From assembly GCA_002432655.1 (NCBI GenBank), contig DJFZ01000032.1, positions 1,775 through 65,774 of the forward strand: a DNA stretch of 64,000 bases, given 5' to 3'. The notes below the pieces were generated by a model that made no database searches, was not told the DNA's origin, and saw nothing but the letters and a program-made list of their open reading frames with translations. Shown piece after piece: positions 51,937-62,367 of the stretch (its first letter is position 1; each line of letters opens with the position of its first letter). The position numbers and the translations under genes were made by a program. The DNA is from Thiotrichaceae bacterium UBA5859. GTDB lineage: Bacteria > Pseudomonadota > Gammaproteobacteria > UBA5859.

Positions 51937-52920
51937 TCATACCCTTGATTTAGCTAATTTTTCTTCCCACTTAAGCGCACTTTGTATAATGACGCTTAAA
52001 TCATTGTATTTTGGCGACCAATTCAGTTCTGTTAAGATTTTTTCATTATTAGCGACAAGTTGCGGTGGATCACCAGCTCGCCTGGGCGCCTCTAGGATCT
52101 TGAACGATCCACCCGCCACGGCAGTAATTTCATCTAACACTTCACGTACGCTATAGCCTCTACCATAACCACAGTTCAAAATCTCAGAACGGTTTTCATT
52201 CACCAAAAAATCTAGCGACGCCAAATGCGCGGACGCCAAGTCCTCCACATGAATGTAATCTCTAACACCAGTACCGTCTGGCGTGGAAAAATCGGTACCG
52301 AATATAGACACAGATTCCCGCTTGCCCACTGCAGCTTCACAGCCCACTTTGATTAGATGGGTAGCATTCGGCGTTGCTTGCCCAATACGACATTGCAGAT
52401 CTGCGCCAGCCACATTGAAATACCTTAAAGAAACAAATTGCATATCTGAACTGGATGCATAGTCGGCAATCATACGTTCAGACATCATTTTCGAGGCACC
52501 ATAGGGATTAATTGGTTGCAGCGGCGCCTGTTCAGAAACGGGCACCTGATCCGGGATTCCGTATACGGCGGCGGTACAGGAAAATACCAAATACTTGACT
52601 TGATACTCTTGCATGGTTTCTAAAAGATTCAATGTATTAGAGGTATTATTTCTATAATACATTAGTGGATGTGCCACTGACTCGGGCACCACTATCTTGG
52701 CCGCGAAATGTAACACCGCGTCGAATCTATGGGTAGAGAACAAGCTAGCCAGAGCTTGCCGATCACTTAGTGTCCCCTGGACTAAGTCACCATACAACAC
52801 TGCTTCCTCACGCCCCGTGGATAGGTCGTCATACACCACGATTTGGTGTCCAGCCTCTCCTAATTGACGCACAACATGAGAGCCTATATATCCGGCTCCG
52901 CCGGTTACTAATAGTTTCAT
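51937..52920 (-). CDS. galE: UDP-glucose 4-epimerase / NAD-dependent sugar epimerase
   Basis: TGGAGYIGSH Rossmann start; YxxxK catalytic pair; 327 aa. Confidence 0.8.
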   Translation of the reverse strand: MKLLVTGGAGYIGSHVVRQLGEAGHQIVVYDDLSTGREEAVLYGDLVQGTLSDRQALASLFSTHRFDAVLHFAAKIVVPESVAHPLMYYRNNTSNTLNLLETMQEYQVKYLVFSCTAAVYGIPDQVPVSEQAPLQPINPYGASKMMSERMIADYASSSDMQFVSLRYFNVAGADLQCRIGQATPNATHLIKVGCEAAVGKRESVSIFGTDFSTPDGTGVRDYIHVEDLASAHLASLDFLVNENRSEILNCGYGRGYSVREVLDEITAVAGGSFKILEAPRRAGDPPQLVANNEKILTELNWSPKYNDLSVIIQSALKWEEKLAKSRV

Positions 52921-53509
52921 GGCTAACTTTCTACTTAATACAGACAGAACTTAGAAAACGGATCATATGAATAAGTTGTTCGACCACAGGTACTTCGATT
53001 ACCCCAAACCGAGTAGTTTCAATGCGCACTTTCCCAAGATCGGCTCATGCGCCAACTTTTGATCTAACAGAATGATGGAAATAGGATACGACAAGGCAAA
53101 CACTTTATCCAGAAAAGAGATGCAACATCCACTCTAGTTAAGAACCCACTTCTGCGCTGGTAAGCCCCCCATCGGTATCTCATGCTTTCTAGCCTATCTC
53201 AATTATTATGACTTAACAGCTTCCCTGATCCTGGAATACCGAATCCTACTTTATCTCTTAGTTTTCATTCTGAACCCAACGAACCTAATCCGCAAATACT
53301 CAATTGTTATTCACATACTGTGAACTTGTAGACATAACTATTTGATGTTTTGCAAACGAACAGAACGTAAAACATTAGTTCCTTCTGTACACACACGAGG
53401 CAACTAGGTTTACCAACCACTTTAAAAATCCATGATGTGCTGTTTTGCCGGTTGCCACACCGTCATTTTAAAAGGGCGATAATAGGAACCCGCTAGATGT
53501 ATTTTGTAT

Positions 53510-54316
53510 TTAAGGTGAACCTGAGGATCCAGCCTTATTGAGCAGTAGTTGTGCATACTTTGCTGGAATGGCGTAAGAGATGCCACTCGGTTGGCTCAAC
53601 ACATTCTCCTTACTCTGCTTCACGAACACCATATTTAAAATACCAATTACTTCACCAGTATTTGGATCATAAAGTGGACTGCCACTGTTTCCGGGATAAG
53701 CGATGGCATCCAGCTGTAATACTTGATAAGATTCTCTTAACCTATTGATTTTATTTCTATCTAACTGCTTGGTAGAAGATGCGGGTATGGCTATTGGCGT
53801 GATTGCAGAGATGTATGCTCTATGGGTGACAGGATAAAGCCCTAACACAGCACCGATCGGAAACCCGGTAAACCCATATTCATTTCCCTCTCGCACTCGA
53901 GCATTCGGGGCCAATATCAAGGGGGGCAACTTGGTGTCTATTTTAAGCAACGCGAGATCATGATCTTCATCCTTGGCGACTATTTTCACAGGTAGCACTT
54001 TTCGCTGCTTCTCACCGCCGGTGACCACAACCCAGTGCTCGAACTTTTCCCTATCTAGCGTCGTTGATACCACATGAGCATTGGTCAAGATTAGATTTCC
54101 GTCACCTACCGCAAATCCAGTACCGGAAAATTTAAATGGCGGTCTTCGGGTGGAAAGTACCGTGCCAATACCCACTACGCTCTGCTTCACTCGAGCGACC
54201 GTATCCGCAAACTCTGATGCCCTGGCAGGTAGTAAGCAAATAGAGAACAAACCCATCACAAAAAGAATATGGGCCTGTTTCTTGAAGATACCGAATTTGA
54301 ACAAATCGCTCGACAC
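53510..54316 (-). CDS. Secreted trypsin-like (S1/DegP-type) serine protease without PDZ domain
   Basis: Signal peptide; catalytic triad contexts TNAHVV (His), DHDLALLK (Asp), GNSGSPL (Ser). Confidence 0.75.
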   Translation of the reverse strand: MSSDLFKFGIFKKQAHILFVMGLFSICLLPARASEFADTVARVKQSVVGIGTVLSTRRPPFKFSGTGFAVGDGNLILTNAHVVSTTLDREKFEHWVVVTGGEKQRKVLPVKIVAKDEDHDLALLKIDTKLPPLILAPNARVREGNEYGFTGFPIGAVLGLYPVTHRAYISAITPIAIPASSTKQLDRNKINRLRESYQVLQLDAIAYPGNSGSPLYDPNTGEVIGILNMVFVKQSKENVLSQPSGISYAIPAKYAQLLLNKAGSSGSP

Positions 54317-54919
54317 TGTCAGCTGCTTCTTATCATCAATGACATTTTTCTTGTGACCGTATTGCGGACACCCAGTTCACTCTAAACTATAGAGTGATAC
54401 TAGAGTCCGAATATATCTAGCCATTAAGGATGCGAGTATCGCTTCCATCCCTTCTCTTTCAATATGGCTTACACCTACCGCTTGCATGCACATTTTATTT
54501 TGAGTAATAGAATGTGCAATGTGTCACATCCATGCTCACTAATAGATCACTCCGTGAATTATTATACGAAAACCATAGGATGATTTCTCCCAAAAACAGC
54601 AATATATTCCCATCTAAAGTTTATTTGCTGTTCCAAAAAAATATTTAGATTTAATAAATCTTAAACATACTTAAAATAGCTCATTGCCGATTTCTCACCC
54701 TGTTCAAAACAGAATTACCAGGCATTCTAATAGGTTAATCTACCCACCACAAAACAGTTGGATTTAACCTTATCAGCTGCTGGTAATTCACCAATGATCA
54801 TCCTTCCGGAACCATTGCTGTTAGATCTTACCCAACCACTCTATTATTGTTCCAGATCAGGCGATTCTTCCACAGACTAGCTTTACCCTCAGCGGCTTTT
54901 TCTGTTTAATGCTGATATT

Positions 54920-56941
54920 TTGATTGGCAGATATCTTTTAGAAATTCACACAAACCTCGTTAATATTGAACTTTTTGATTGTACATATTGTCGGTTCAAT
55001 GACATTAAATTTGGTTCTAGTTACGCAAACACTCATCTCGATGATGAAGGAATTTTTACGCTCTTGACGAAATCAATCAATCTCTACGCAGTTTCCGCCG
55101 GGCGGCTACTTGCGTCCCTACCAATATTAGCCTGGGCATTATGGTTCGCTCTGACTCACCCATTGTCACCATCACTGCTTTTCTTGTTCAGCTTAGTATA
55201 TTTTATATTAATACTGATCCAGCCCCACTTATGGCTTTGGATTGTCCCAGCCGCGTTACCCATCCTAGATCTAGCTCCACTAACCGGACGCTTCTATTTA
55301 GACGAATTCGATCTCTTAATGGCATTAACCATAATACGATTCTTGTTATTTCCTTCAGTACCTATCAGATCTAGCAGGCGGTTTCATTTCACGCTGTTTA
55401 ATTTGTTTATACTCTTTTATGGCGTTGCGGCAATACATGCACTCTTGCCCCTAGAAGCGATGCATTCAACCACCTTTTTCTCCTACTTCACACAATATAA
55501 CGCACTTCGCCTAATAAAGGGGCCAATGTGGGTTGGGCTTATTTATATTTTAGTTCGACATAATCAGATGCTGTTTAACAAACGCACACTATTTAACGGA
55601 ATCACGTTAGGCATGTCGTTGACCATCGCTGTTTGCCTGATAGAACGATTGTTATTTACGGGGTTACTGGATCTTTCCAAAGATTATCGCATAGCTGGGC
55701 TTTTTTCCGGAATGCACATAGGTGGTGCATATATTGACTCATATCTTGTACTGGCGTTGCCAGTTTTTATTTACACCTTACTTCATCGACAGAGAACTGC
55801 CGTTTGGACGATATTGATCTATATTTCAGTCCTAGCTTCAGTATATATAATTTATGTCACCTACTCTCGCACCACCTATCTGGCAGCCGTTTTTTGTGTA
55901 TTACCACTTTTATGGGTAGCCTACAAAAATCAGCGAGTCATAGGCGATAACAGCGACACAAAGAAATCTATTGTACTTTTAGGTCTCGTTCTCTTAACCA
56001 TCAGCTTACTTGTTTTCTCGGGTGGATTTATCCAGAAAAGGGTTGTAGATGTACCTGCGGATATGGAAAACCGCTATTCACACTGGAAAATGGTGCTGAG
56101 TTTGAAACAGAAAGATGTTTTTCATCATTTATTCGGTATGGGACTGGGTCAATACCCATTGCATTATTTTTGGAGTAGCAACTCTGATCGACGTCCGGGG
56201 GTTATCGGCATCAAGCACGCGCCAAATTCACACACGGTGTTGCTCTCCGGCGGCTCTCCTGTCTATCTTAACCAACACTTTGAACCTCAGAAAATGCGCG
56301 TGTTTTCTCTCATGATTAAGGCGAGAGCCCTCACTCCAGGCTCACATTTGGTCATCTATCTTTGTGAAAAATCCTATCTTTTTTCCGCTGATTGCTTGGT
56401 TCGTCATATTGGCGCCATCGTACCAGGCAGTGAATGGCAAAAAATTAATGTCTCTCTAACCTTAGACAACAGTTTGGGGAAATTCCAGGGAGTCAGAGAT
56501 AGTTTCGTCCCCTTAAGCCTGGGATTAGTTAATACCGGACAACATTCGCTATTGGAAATAGAATCAGTGACACTTCGTAATTCCAATGGAAAACAGCTGA
56601 TTAGAAACCATGAATTCAGCCACGGGACTCACCATTGGTTTTTCACCGCCGACAATCATTTAGCCTGGCATGTGGAAAATCTATTTATCTATTTCTGGTT
56701 TGAGTTAGGCATCATTGGTTTATTAATATTTTTGGCACTTTTGTCGCAATTATTACTAGCAGCATTAGGATCCTATAAATCTGGCCAAGCAGAAGATATA
56801 ATTCTATTTGGAGGGGTTTGTGGCTTAGTATTTATTGGTCTGTTTAACAGTCCATTTGACTTTCCACGTATTCTATTGCTATTTGGCTTATATTGTATCA
56901 GTATTTTGATTTTTGAAAGCGAACCGTATAAAACTACATAA
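54920..56941 (+). CDS. O-antigen ligase/polymerase-like (Wzy_C) polytopic membrane protein with a large periplasmic loop, of the PEP-CTERM-locus type
   Basis: About 10 TM N-terminal block including YSRTTYLAAVF; ~150-aa hydrophilic domain; two C-terminal TMs. Start codon uncertain because the first ~50 aa are not membrane-like. Confidence 0.55.
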   Translation: MIGRYLLEIHTNLVNIELFDCTYCRFNDIKFGSSYANTHLDDEGIFTLLTKSINLYAVSAGRLLASLPILAWALWFALTHPLSPSLLFLFSLVYFILILIQPHLWLWIVPAALPILDLAPLTGRFYLDEFDLLMALTIIRFLLFPSVPIRSSRRFHFTLFNLFILFYGVAAIHALLPLEAMHSTTFFSYFTQYNALRLIKGPMWVGLIYILVRHNQMLFNKRTLFNGITLGMSLTIAVCLIERLLFTGLLDLSKDYRIAGLFSGMHIGGAYIDSYLVLALPVFIYTLLHRQRTAVWTILIYISVLASVYIIYVTYSRTTYLAAVFCVLPLLWVAYKNQRVIGDNSDTKKSIVLLGLVLLTISLLVFSGGFIQKRVVDVPADMENRYSHWKMVLSLKQKDVFHHLFGMGLGQYPLHYFWSSNSDRRPGVIGIKHAPNSHTVLLSGGSPVYLNQHFEPQKMRVFSLMIKARALTPGSHLVIYLCEKSYLFSADCLVRHIGAIVPGSEWQKINVSLTLDNSLGKFQGVRDSFVPLSLGLVNTGQHSLLEIESVTLRNSNGKQLIRNHEFSHGTHHWFFTADNHLAWHVENLFIYFWFELGIIGLLIFLALLSQLLLAALGSYKSGQAEDIILFGGVCGLVFIGLFNSPFDFPRILLLFGLYCISILIFESEPYKTT

Positions 56942-56961
56942 ATAACACTTTTAGCGGATCC

Positions 56962-57633
56962 GTGAAGGAAGTTCATAACATGACAATAAGACTATCGCCA
57001 CTGCCAACCAAAGAGGTTTTGTTTGTACTTTTTTTCTCATTACTAGGAATTAGTTCACTGGGCTACGCAATAGAATTCAAAACTTTTCAACCTAATTCGC
57101 CAGCCAATCAAAATGACTATTTTTCAACCGATTCAATCTCTACGAAAAGAGTTCGCACTGTAGAGCGCCACCATTGGGATAAAGCGCGCCAACATAAGGA
57201 ACGTGGCGAAATACAATACGCTTTTGGAGATATCGATTTCATATTACGCTATGTGCCCAACCACCCCCATGCGCTCATGCAGATGTCTGAAATTAGCATG
57301 GCTGCAGGTAAACCGGACACGGTGCGCCCCTATCTAGACTACGCAATACAATATCGTCCGAAGAATTCCTCCACCCACATCATATATGGTATCCATCTAC
57401 ACCGCACCAAGAACTACAGCGAAGCTGTGCAACACTACAAAAGAGCGCTTGAATTAGATCCTAAAGCCAGCGAGACACACTATAATTTAGGGCTCAGCTA
57501 TTTTGAACTAAAAGAGTATACCCTAGCCCAGAAGCACGCTAAAATTGCCTACGACCGTGGTTATCCTTTGCCCGGACTAAAAGACAAATTGCGCCAACTA
57601 GGCCATTGGCCAGCACAAGAGAATTCACCATAA
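56962..57633 (+). CDS. Secreted TPR-repeat protein
   Basis: Signal peptide then 3-4 TPR units (AVQHYKRALELDPKASETHYNLGLSYFEL). Confidence 0.6.
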   Translation: MKEVHNMTIRLSPLPTKEVLFVLFFSLLGISSLGYAIEFKTFQPNSPANQNDYFSTDSISTKRVRTVERHHWDKARQHKERGEIQYAFGDIDFILRYVPNHPHALMQMSEISMAAGKPDTVRPYLDYAIQYRPKNSSTHIIYGIHLHRTKNYSEAVQHYKRALELDPKASETHYNLGLSYFELKEYTLAQKHAKIAYDRGYPLPGLKDKLRQLGHWPAQENSP

Positions 57634-57724
57634 AACTCGGCAAAATCGTTCGTCAGCCGCTATAATCAACAATCCACAAAATAATAAATTAATAGGTCAG
57701 AACAGCTCCTACAGTGATTCAAGG

Positions 57725-58858
57725 ATGGATCTCTATTTTCAATGCATCACTAATTTTGAAGATTTCCTGGGCTTAAAACACTCCTGGCGCCAGCTATTGG
57801 CTAAGATTGACTCTCCGAGCCTATTTCAAACCTTTGAGTGGCATGAATCGGTTCTTTCCTGGGTTCGCGATGAAGTATCCCTGCGAATTTTATTGTTATA
57901 TGGTAATGATGAACTAATCGGCATTGCACCTTTCGCGCTCTATGAGAAAAGGGCCGCCGGAATTCGATATCTGGTCTTGGACTTTATAAAATGTCCGGAT
58001 AATCAGATCTGTGATTTTCTTCTACATCCTCAATATAAAGATGAAAGTATCAAATTAGTTGCTCAATACCTACGACAATCTTCCGATTGGACGGCCCTAA
58101 ATCTTGCTCATAATCCAGCCAATTCCAGCCATGCAGAAAAACTACAGGAAGAGCTAGATTCCGTCGGATTAGTGACTGATTTATCCTCATTCGATAACAA
58201 TTGGTTTATCTCTCTCAACTCTACCTGGGAAAGTTTTTACCGAGATCGCAGCAGGCGTCTTAAAAAAGGAAACAACCTTGTACTCAATAAACTCAATCAA
58301 TCTCACGAATGGGAAATAAAACAGTATCAAAATACCGAACTGCTTCCCGAGTCTGAATTAATTCAACTTGTGACCAAACTGTCGGCGAATAGTTGGAAAG
58401 TAGACACAAATAACAGCCTCAACTTCCCTGGCCCACAGGCATTTATTCGCACATTAACACACCATCTATTGGAAAATGGCTGGTTGTCCTTGTGGGTATT
58501 GTATATTGATGGCACTCCTGCCGCGATGGAATATCAAGTTAAATATGGCACAAGTTACCACGCCCTGCGATCAGATTTCGATCAGCAGTTCAGTCAACAG
58601 TCTCCGGGGACATTGTTAACATGGAAACTTACGGAGCAATTGTTCCATGTTCATGAAAGTAGTCCGTTCAAATATTATCTTGGCCCCGGTACCAATGACT
58701 ATAAAAAGCGTTGGACCACGTTTTCGGAACCACTTAGTGTGTTAAAGGGCTATAATCACACCTGGCTTGGTTATTTAATACAAACATATGATAAACAGAT
58801 CCTTCCAATTGCCAGAACATTGAGATCCAATCTTAATCAAAAATGGTCTAGTGAATAA
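57725..58858 (+). CDS. FemAB/CelD-like (BioF2-like GNAT) protein, PEP-CTERM-locus type
   Basis: 377 aa; C-terminal WLSLWVLYIDGTPAAMEYQVKYGTSYHALRSDFDQQF is typical of the FemAB-related acetyltransferase_6 family. Confidence 0.6.
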   Translation: MDLYFQCITNFEDFLGLKHSWRQLLAKIDSPSLFQTFEWHESVLSWVRDEVSLRILLLYGNDELIGIAPFALYEKRAAGIRYLVLDFIKCPDNQICDFLLHPQYKDESIKLVAQYLRQSSDWTALNLAHNPANSSHAEKLQEELDSVGLVTDLSSFDNNWFISLNSTWESFYRDRSRRLKKGNNLVLNKLNQSHEWEIKQYQNTELLPESELIQLVTKLSANSWKVDTNNSLNFPGPQAFIRTLTHHLLENGWLSLWVLYIDGTPAAMEYQVKYGTSYHALRSDFDQQFSQQSPGTLLTWKLTEQLFHVHESSPFKYYLGPGTNDYKKRWTTFSEPLSVLKGYNHTWLGYLIQTYDKQILPIARTLRSNLNQKWSSE

Positions 58859-58860
58859 AT

Positions 58861-60675
58861 ATGAGTTATTTATTGTCCATCGCAACATCTATTCATTCCT
58901 CATATAGAGACAGGTTAGAGGCACTAAAATTTAAATCAGATAATGAGTTCACGTTTCATCAGTCTTCTTCTGCTTGTGTACTGATAAGCGCAGATGACAC
59001 TTCCTGCAATTATTTCGAGCTCTTTCCTTGGGTGGTCTTTTTGCAAGGTTATCCCTTCCTTCAGCAATATTCTTCCAACCGACCAAACGTACCTTTAGAT
59101 GCAAAAAACATTCTTGATCTCTATTTGTCAGAACCTACAGAACTCGGGACTAAGTTATCTGGATCTTATAGCTTAGTGATTGGCAATATAGAGACAGGTG
59201 AAACTTACTGTTGTACGGATCTATTTGCCTCTTACCCAATATTTTATTTTCACCTTAACCAATGTTTCATTGTCAGCTCATCTGCTAAGCTTTTAAAAAG
59301 AGTGGTGGGCCAAGATGCACCACTGAGTCATCAATCTATCTTTGATTATTTTTTCTTTCATGTTATCCCTCACCCTCATACGCCTTACCAAAATATATAT
59401 CGATTGGCGCCGAACAGATTTGCACATTTTTACCGAGCTAGTTTGAACCATGGGGAGATAAAACCTTATCCGAATAAACATAAACACAAGAGTTTTAAAA
59501 CACTCAAAAAAGAATTAAAAATTATATTAAATGACACAACGGAGCAATTACTGAACCTAGATGGTGATGCAGGTTGTTTTTTAAGCGGCGGCCTAGACAG
59601 CTCTACGGTAGCGGGGCTACTTTCGGCTCATCAATCTAATAGCCAAGCCTTCTCTATCGGCTTTGATGCTGAAGGGTACGATGAAGTGCCTTTTGCCCAA
59701 CAGTCAGCTGATCATTACGATATCTCACTCACAACTCGCTATGTGACGCCCAAAGATGTGGTCGATTTCGTACCCACTCTAGCAGCCGAGTCTGAGTTGC
59801 CTTTTGGGAATGCCTCTGCCGTGCCTACCTATTATTGTGCACTGTTAGCCAAGGAAAATGGCAAACGTTCTTTGTTCGGGGGAGATGGCGGCGACGAGCT
59901 CTTCGGGGGCAATGAACGCTATCTTAAACAACAACTCTTGTGGCAATACGACAAATTGCCGAAATTTCTGAGCCAAAAATTGATTAATCCCTTATCTCCG
60001 GTGTTGCCTAGAATAGGTCTAAACAAACTAAAAAGCTACATTCAACAAGCTCAAATACCATTGCCTGCCAGGTTGCAATCTTACAATTTGCTTTACCAGC
60101 TAGGCATGGAAAATATATTTAACCCGGACTTTTTTACCAACATCGACATTCAACACCCAATCGACTTGATGAACGAACAGTACCACGCTTGCCCGGCAGG
60201 CCCGACCTTAGAAAAGATACTGTATACCGATCTACAATTTACTCTCGCCGACAGCGACATTCCCAAAGTAGTGAATATGTGTCATTTGGCTGGAATTGAA
60301 GTACAGTTTCCACTACTAGACGAGGAGCTTATCAATTTTTCTCGAAATATACCGCCTGATCTAAAACTTAAGAATAGAGAGTTGAGATATTTTTATAAAA
60401 AGTCTCTGGCAGATTGGCTGCCACCTCATACCTTAAAGAAAAGTAAACATGGGTTCGGACTGCCGTTTGGCGTGTGGATGGTACAGGATAGGCGGTTAAA
60501 GGAGATGGCCTTCGACCACTTAATTAGTTTTAAAGAGCGCCAAATATTATCTAGTGAGTTCCTGGATAAAATTGCCAATGAACATCTAATTAACCACCCC
60601 GCTTATTACGGTACTTTTGTTTGGTTGATTTTGGTTTTAGAATCCTGGTTACAGGAAAATACCATTCACCACTAA
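58861..60675 (+). CDS. Asparagine synthetase family protein lacking the N-terminal Cys nucleophile
   Basis: PP-loop FLSGGLDSS present; the N-terminal domain begins MSYLLSI rather than MCG; 2-nt gap after the upstream FemAB-like gene. Confidence 0.75.
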   Translation: MSYLLSIATSIHSSYRDRLEALKFKSDNEFTFHQSSSACVLISADDTSCNYFELFPWVVFLQGYPFLQQYSSNRPNVPLDAKNILDLYLSEPTELGTKLSGSYSLVIGNIETGETYCCTDLFASYPIFYFHLNQCFIVSSSAKLLKRVVGQDAPLSHQSIFDYFFFHVIPHPHTPYQNIYRLAPNRFAHFYRASLNHGEIKPYPNKHKHKSFKTLKKELKIILNDTTEQLLNLDGDAGCFLSGGLDSSTVAGLLSAHQSNSQAFSIGFDAEGYDEVPFAQQSADHYDISLTTRYVTPKDVVDFVPTLAAESELPFGNASAVPTYYCALLAKENGKRSLFGGDGGDELFGGNERYLKQQLLWQYDKLPKFLSQKLINPLSPVLPRIGLNKLKSYIQQAQIPLPARLQSYNLLYQLGMENIFNPDFFTNIDIQHPIDLMNEQYHACPAGPTLEKILYTDLQFTLADSDIPKVVNMCHLAGIEVQFPLLDEELINFSRNIPPDLKLKNRELRYFYKKSLADWLPPHTLKKSKHGFGLPFGVWMVQDRRLKEMAFDHLISFKERQILSSEFLDKIANEHLINHPAYYGTFVWLILVLESWLQENTIHH

Positions 60676-60676
60676 C

Positions 60677-61630
60677 TTATCGATAATAGTTGATCCACAT
60701 ACGAGCCAGATACTTGAAGACAGTGTCATCCCATGGGGTAAATCTGTTCAATTGCCATAGATCACTATTTCTATCTGACACGCCCCATTCTGTAGACAAG
60801 GCAGCTTTAAAACCCTCATTCTTGACAAGATCCACATCTCGTTGGCTATAGTCCTGATCACGTTTGCCATTTGGATAGGCAAAGTAATCCACCGGCGCTT
60901 GAATCAGATTTTCCAATATTGTTTTGCTTTCTCGGATCTCTACTTTTGCGTCATTATCGCTTAGAGTATGTAATATAGGATGAGATTGGGTATGTGCTCC
61001 AATGCCCATACCTGCTCTGTGTAACATCTTGACTTGGTCTGCATTCAGCATCAGACTTTTAGGTATATGCACACCTAGTTTATTGACGACTTTGGATGCG
61101 AAATCCAATCGCTCTGTTGGAACTAAATATTTTATTGCGTGGATGATCTGTTTACCAGCCTGCAATCTCTCCCCTTCTGACGCCAGGGAATAGTGGCCTA
61201 ATCCCAACTCAATCAGTTCCACTTCTTGATGTTGAGTATCACGCATAGACTCCCAAATATAGTCGTTCCACATCGCCCCTCCTTCAATATAATTCGTTGT
61301 AATAAAGAAGGTCGCTGGGATTTGATAACGCTCCAAAATGGGCAATGCGACCAATAGATTGTCTTCATAGCCATCATCAAAGGTGATGCACACTGAGCCT
61401 GGCTTCAAATCCCCTTGCTGTAACTGCTCCAACGCATCCACTAAAGAAAGAGGGGCAAAATACGCTCTTAACAACGACATTTGCCACTCAAACTGTTTAG
61501 CCATCATATCTGTGGGCAATGGATATCCCTCAGGATGGACTCGGTGATAAATCAGAATAGGGAGCTTCACGCCGTTTTGGCCTCTCGCCACTACTCGTGT
61601 GACAGATTTTGCTAGCAGCGACAGGTTCAT
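60677..61630 (-). CDS. Polysaccharide deacetylase (NodB-homology domain)
   Basis: ITFDDGYEDN NodB motif 1. I place the start at the internal Met (MNLSLLAKS), which makes an ATGA overlap with the upstream methyltransferase stop; the track ORF extends to 61669. Confidence 0.75.
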   Translation of the reverse strand: MNLSLLAKSVTRVVARGQNGVKLPILIYHRVHPEGYPLPTDMMAKQFEWQMSLLRAYFAPLSLVDALEQLQQGDLKPGSVCITFDDGYEDNLLVALPILERYQIPATFFITTNYIEGGAMWNDYIWESMRDTQHQEVELIELGLGHYSLASEGERLQAGKQIIHAIKYLVPTERLDFASKVVNKLGVHIPKSLMLNADQVKMLHRAGMGIGAHTQSHPILHTLSDNDAKVEIRESKTILENLIQAPVDYFAYPNGKRDQDYSQRDVDLVKNEGFKAALSTEWGVSDRNSDLWQLNRFTPWDDTVFKYLARMWINYYR

Positions 61631-62367
61631 GTTTGCGGGCGCTCCGCTTGAATCACATAGGAGTGGCAAAATAAACGCGCGATACTATCACTCTTTCTAA
61701 ATAACCAATCTACGTAAGATCGTTCTAGTACAACCTGTGCCTTCGGTAATCGAGATGGCGCCATGGGTAGCCAGTGGTTCGCTTGTACTTGAAATTTATT
61801 TTGTTCCAATACCGCCACTAACTGCTGTGGACGAGTGTAATTTAAATGTCGGGATAGACCTTGTCGTTTACGTCTACTAATTTCCCAGCGATGAGGAACA
61901 CATTCTAGATTGAGGCCATCAATCCAAATCTTCGCACCAGGTTTGCTCACACGATACATTTCACTGATTAATTCATCTATGTTATGTAAAACTTGACTGA
62001 CACCGAAACAGATCATCCCTGAAAAGCTAGCATCCGCAAAGGGAAGAGATAAAGCCGAACCGTTCACCCAACAGATATGCTGAGGGTAAAACTGCTTGGC
62101 TCTTAACAATGAGGGCAACGAATAATCCAATCCCACGACTGTTTGACATCCATAATTTCGTAACCATTGACAATAGGTTCCCGCGCCGCAACCGATATCT
62201 AACCAACTCTCCATCCCGGTTGGATCGCAATGACGTTGAAAAAACCGGAGCCTTGTTTGCAGGCCGGGAGTAGACCAACCCGCCACTCCTGCTTCATCTG
62301 TACCCTGATTGGCGAATTCTTTAAACCGGGTTTTCCATTTATCTTCAAATTCTGAATCAGCGTTCAC
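61627..62367 (-). CDS. Class I SAM-dependent methyltransferase
   Basis: WLDIGCGAGTYCQWL motif I; 246 aa. Confidence 0.75.
   Translation of the reverse strand: MNADSEFEDKWKTRFKEFANQGTDEAGVAGWSTPGLQTRLRFFQRHCDPTGMESWLDIGCGAGTYCQWLRNYGCQTVVGLDYSLPSLLRAKQFYPQHICWVNGSALSLPFADASFSGMICFGVSQVLHNIDELISEMYRVSKPGAKIWIDGLNLECVPHRWEISRRKRQGLSRHLNYTRPQQLVAVLEQNKFQVQANHWLPMAPSRLPKAQVVLERSYVDWLFRKSDSIARLFCHSYVIQAERPQT

Noticed and set aside
53441-53462. Sigma-54-like TGGCAA-N5 motif upstream of the galE operon (minus-strand orientation)
   Set aside because: The -12 element reads AAAA rather than TTGC, so it is not a credible RpoN site.
54921-54940. TTGGCAG-N5-TTTT sigma-54-like motif at the start of the ligase-like ORF
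   Set aside because: The -12 GC dinucleotide is missing, and the site lies inside the called ORF.
57645-57670. TATAAT hexamer upstream of the FemAB-like gene as a sigma-70 -10 element
   Set aside because: No convincing -35 sits at 16-18 bp spacing. This is too weak to call without a scoring matrix.
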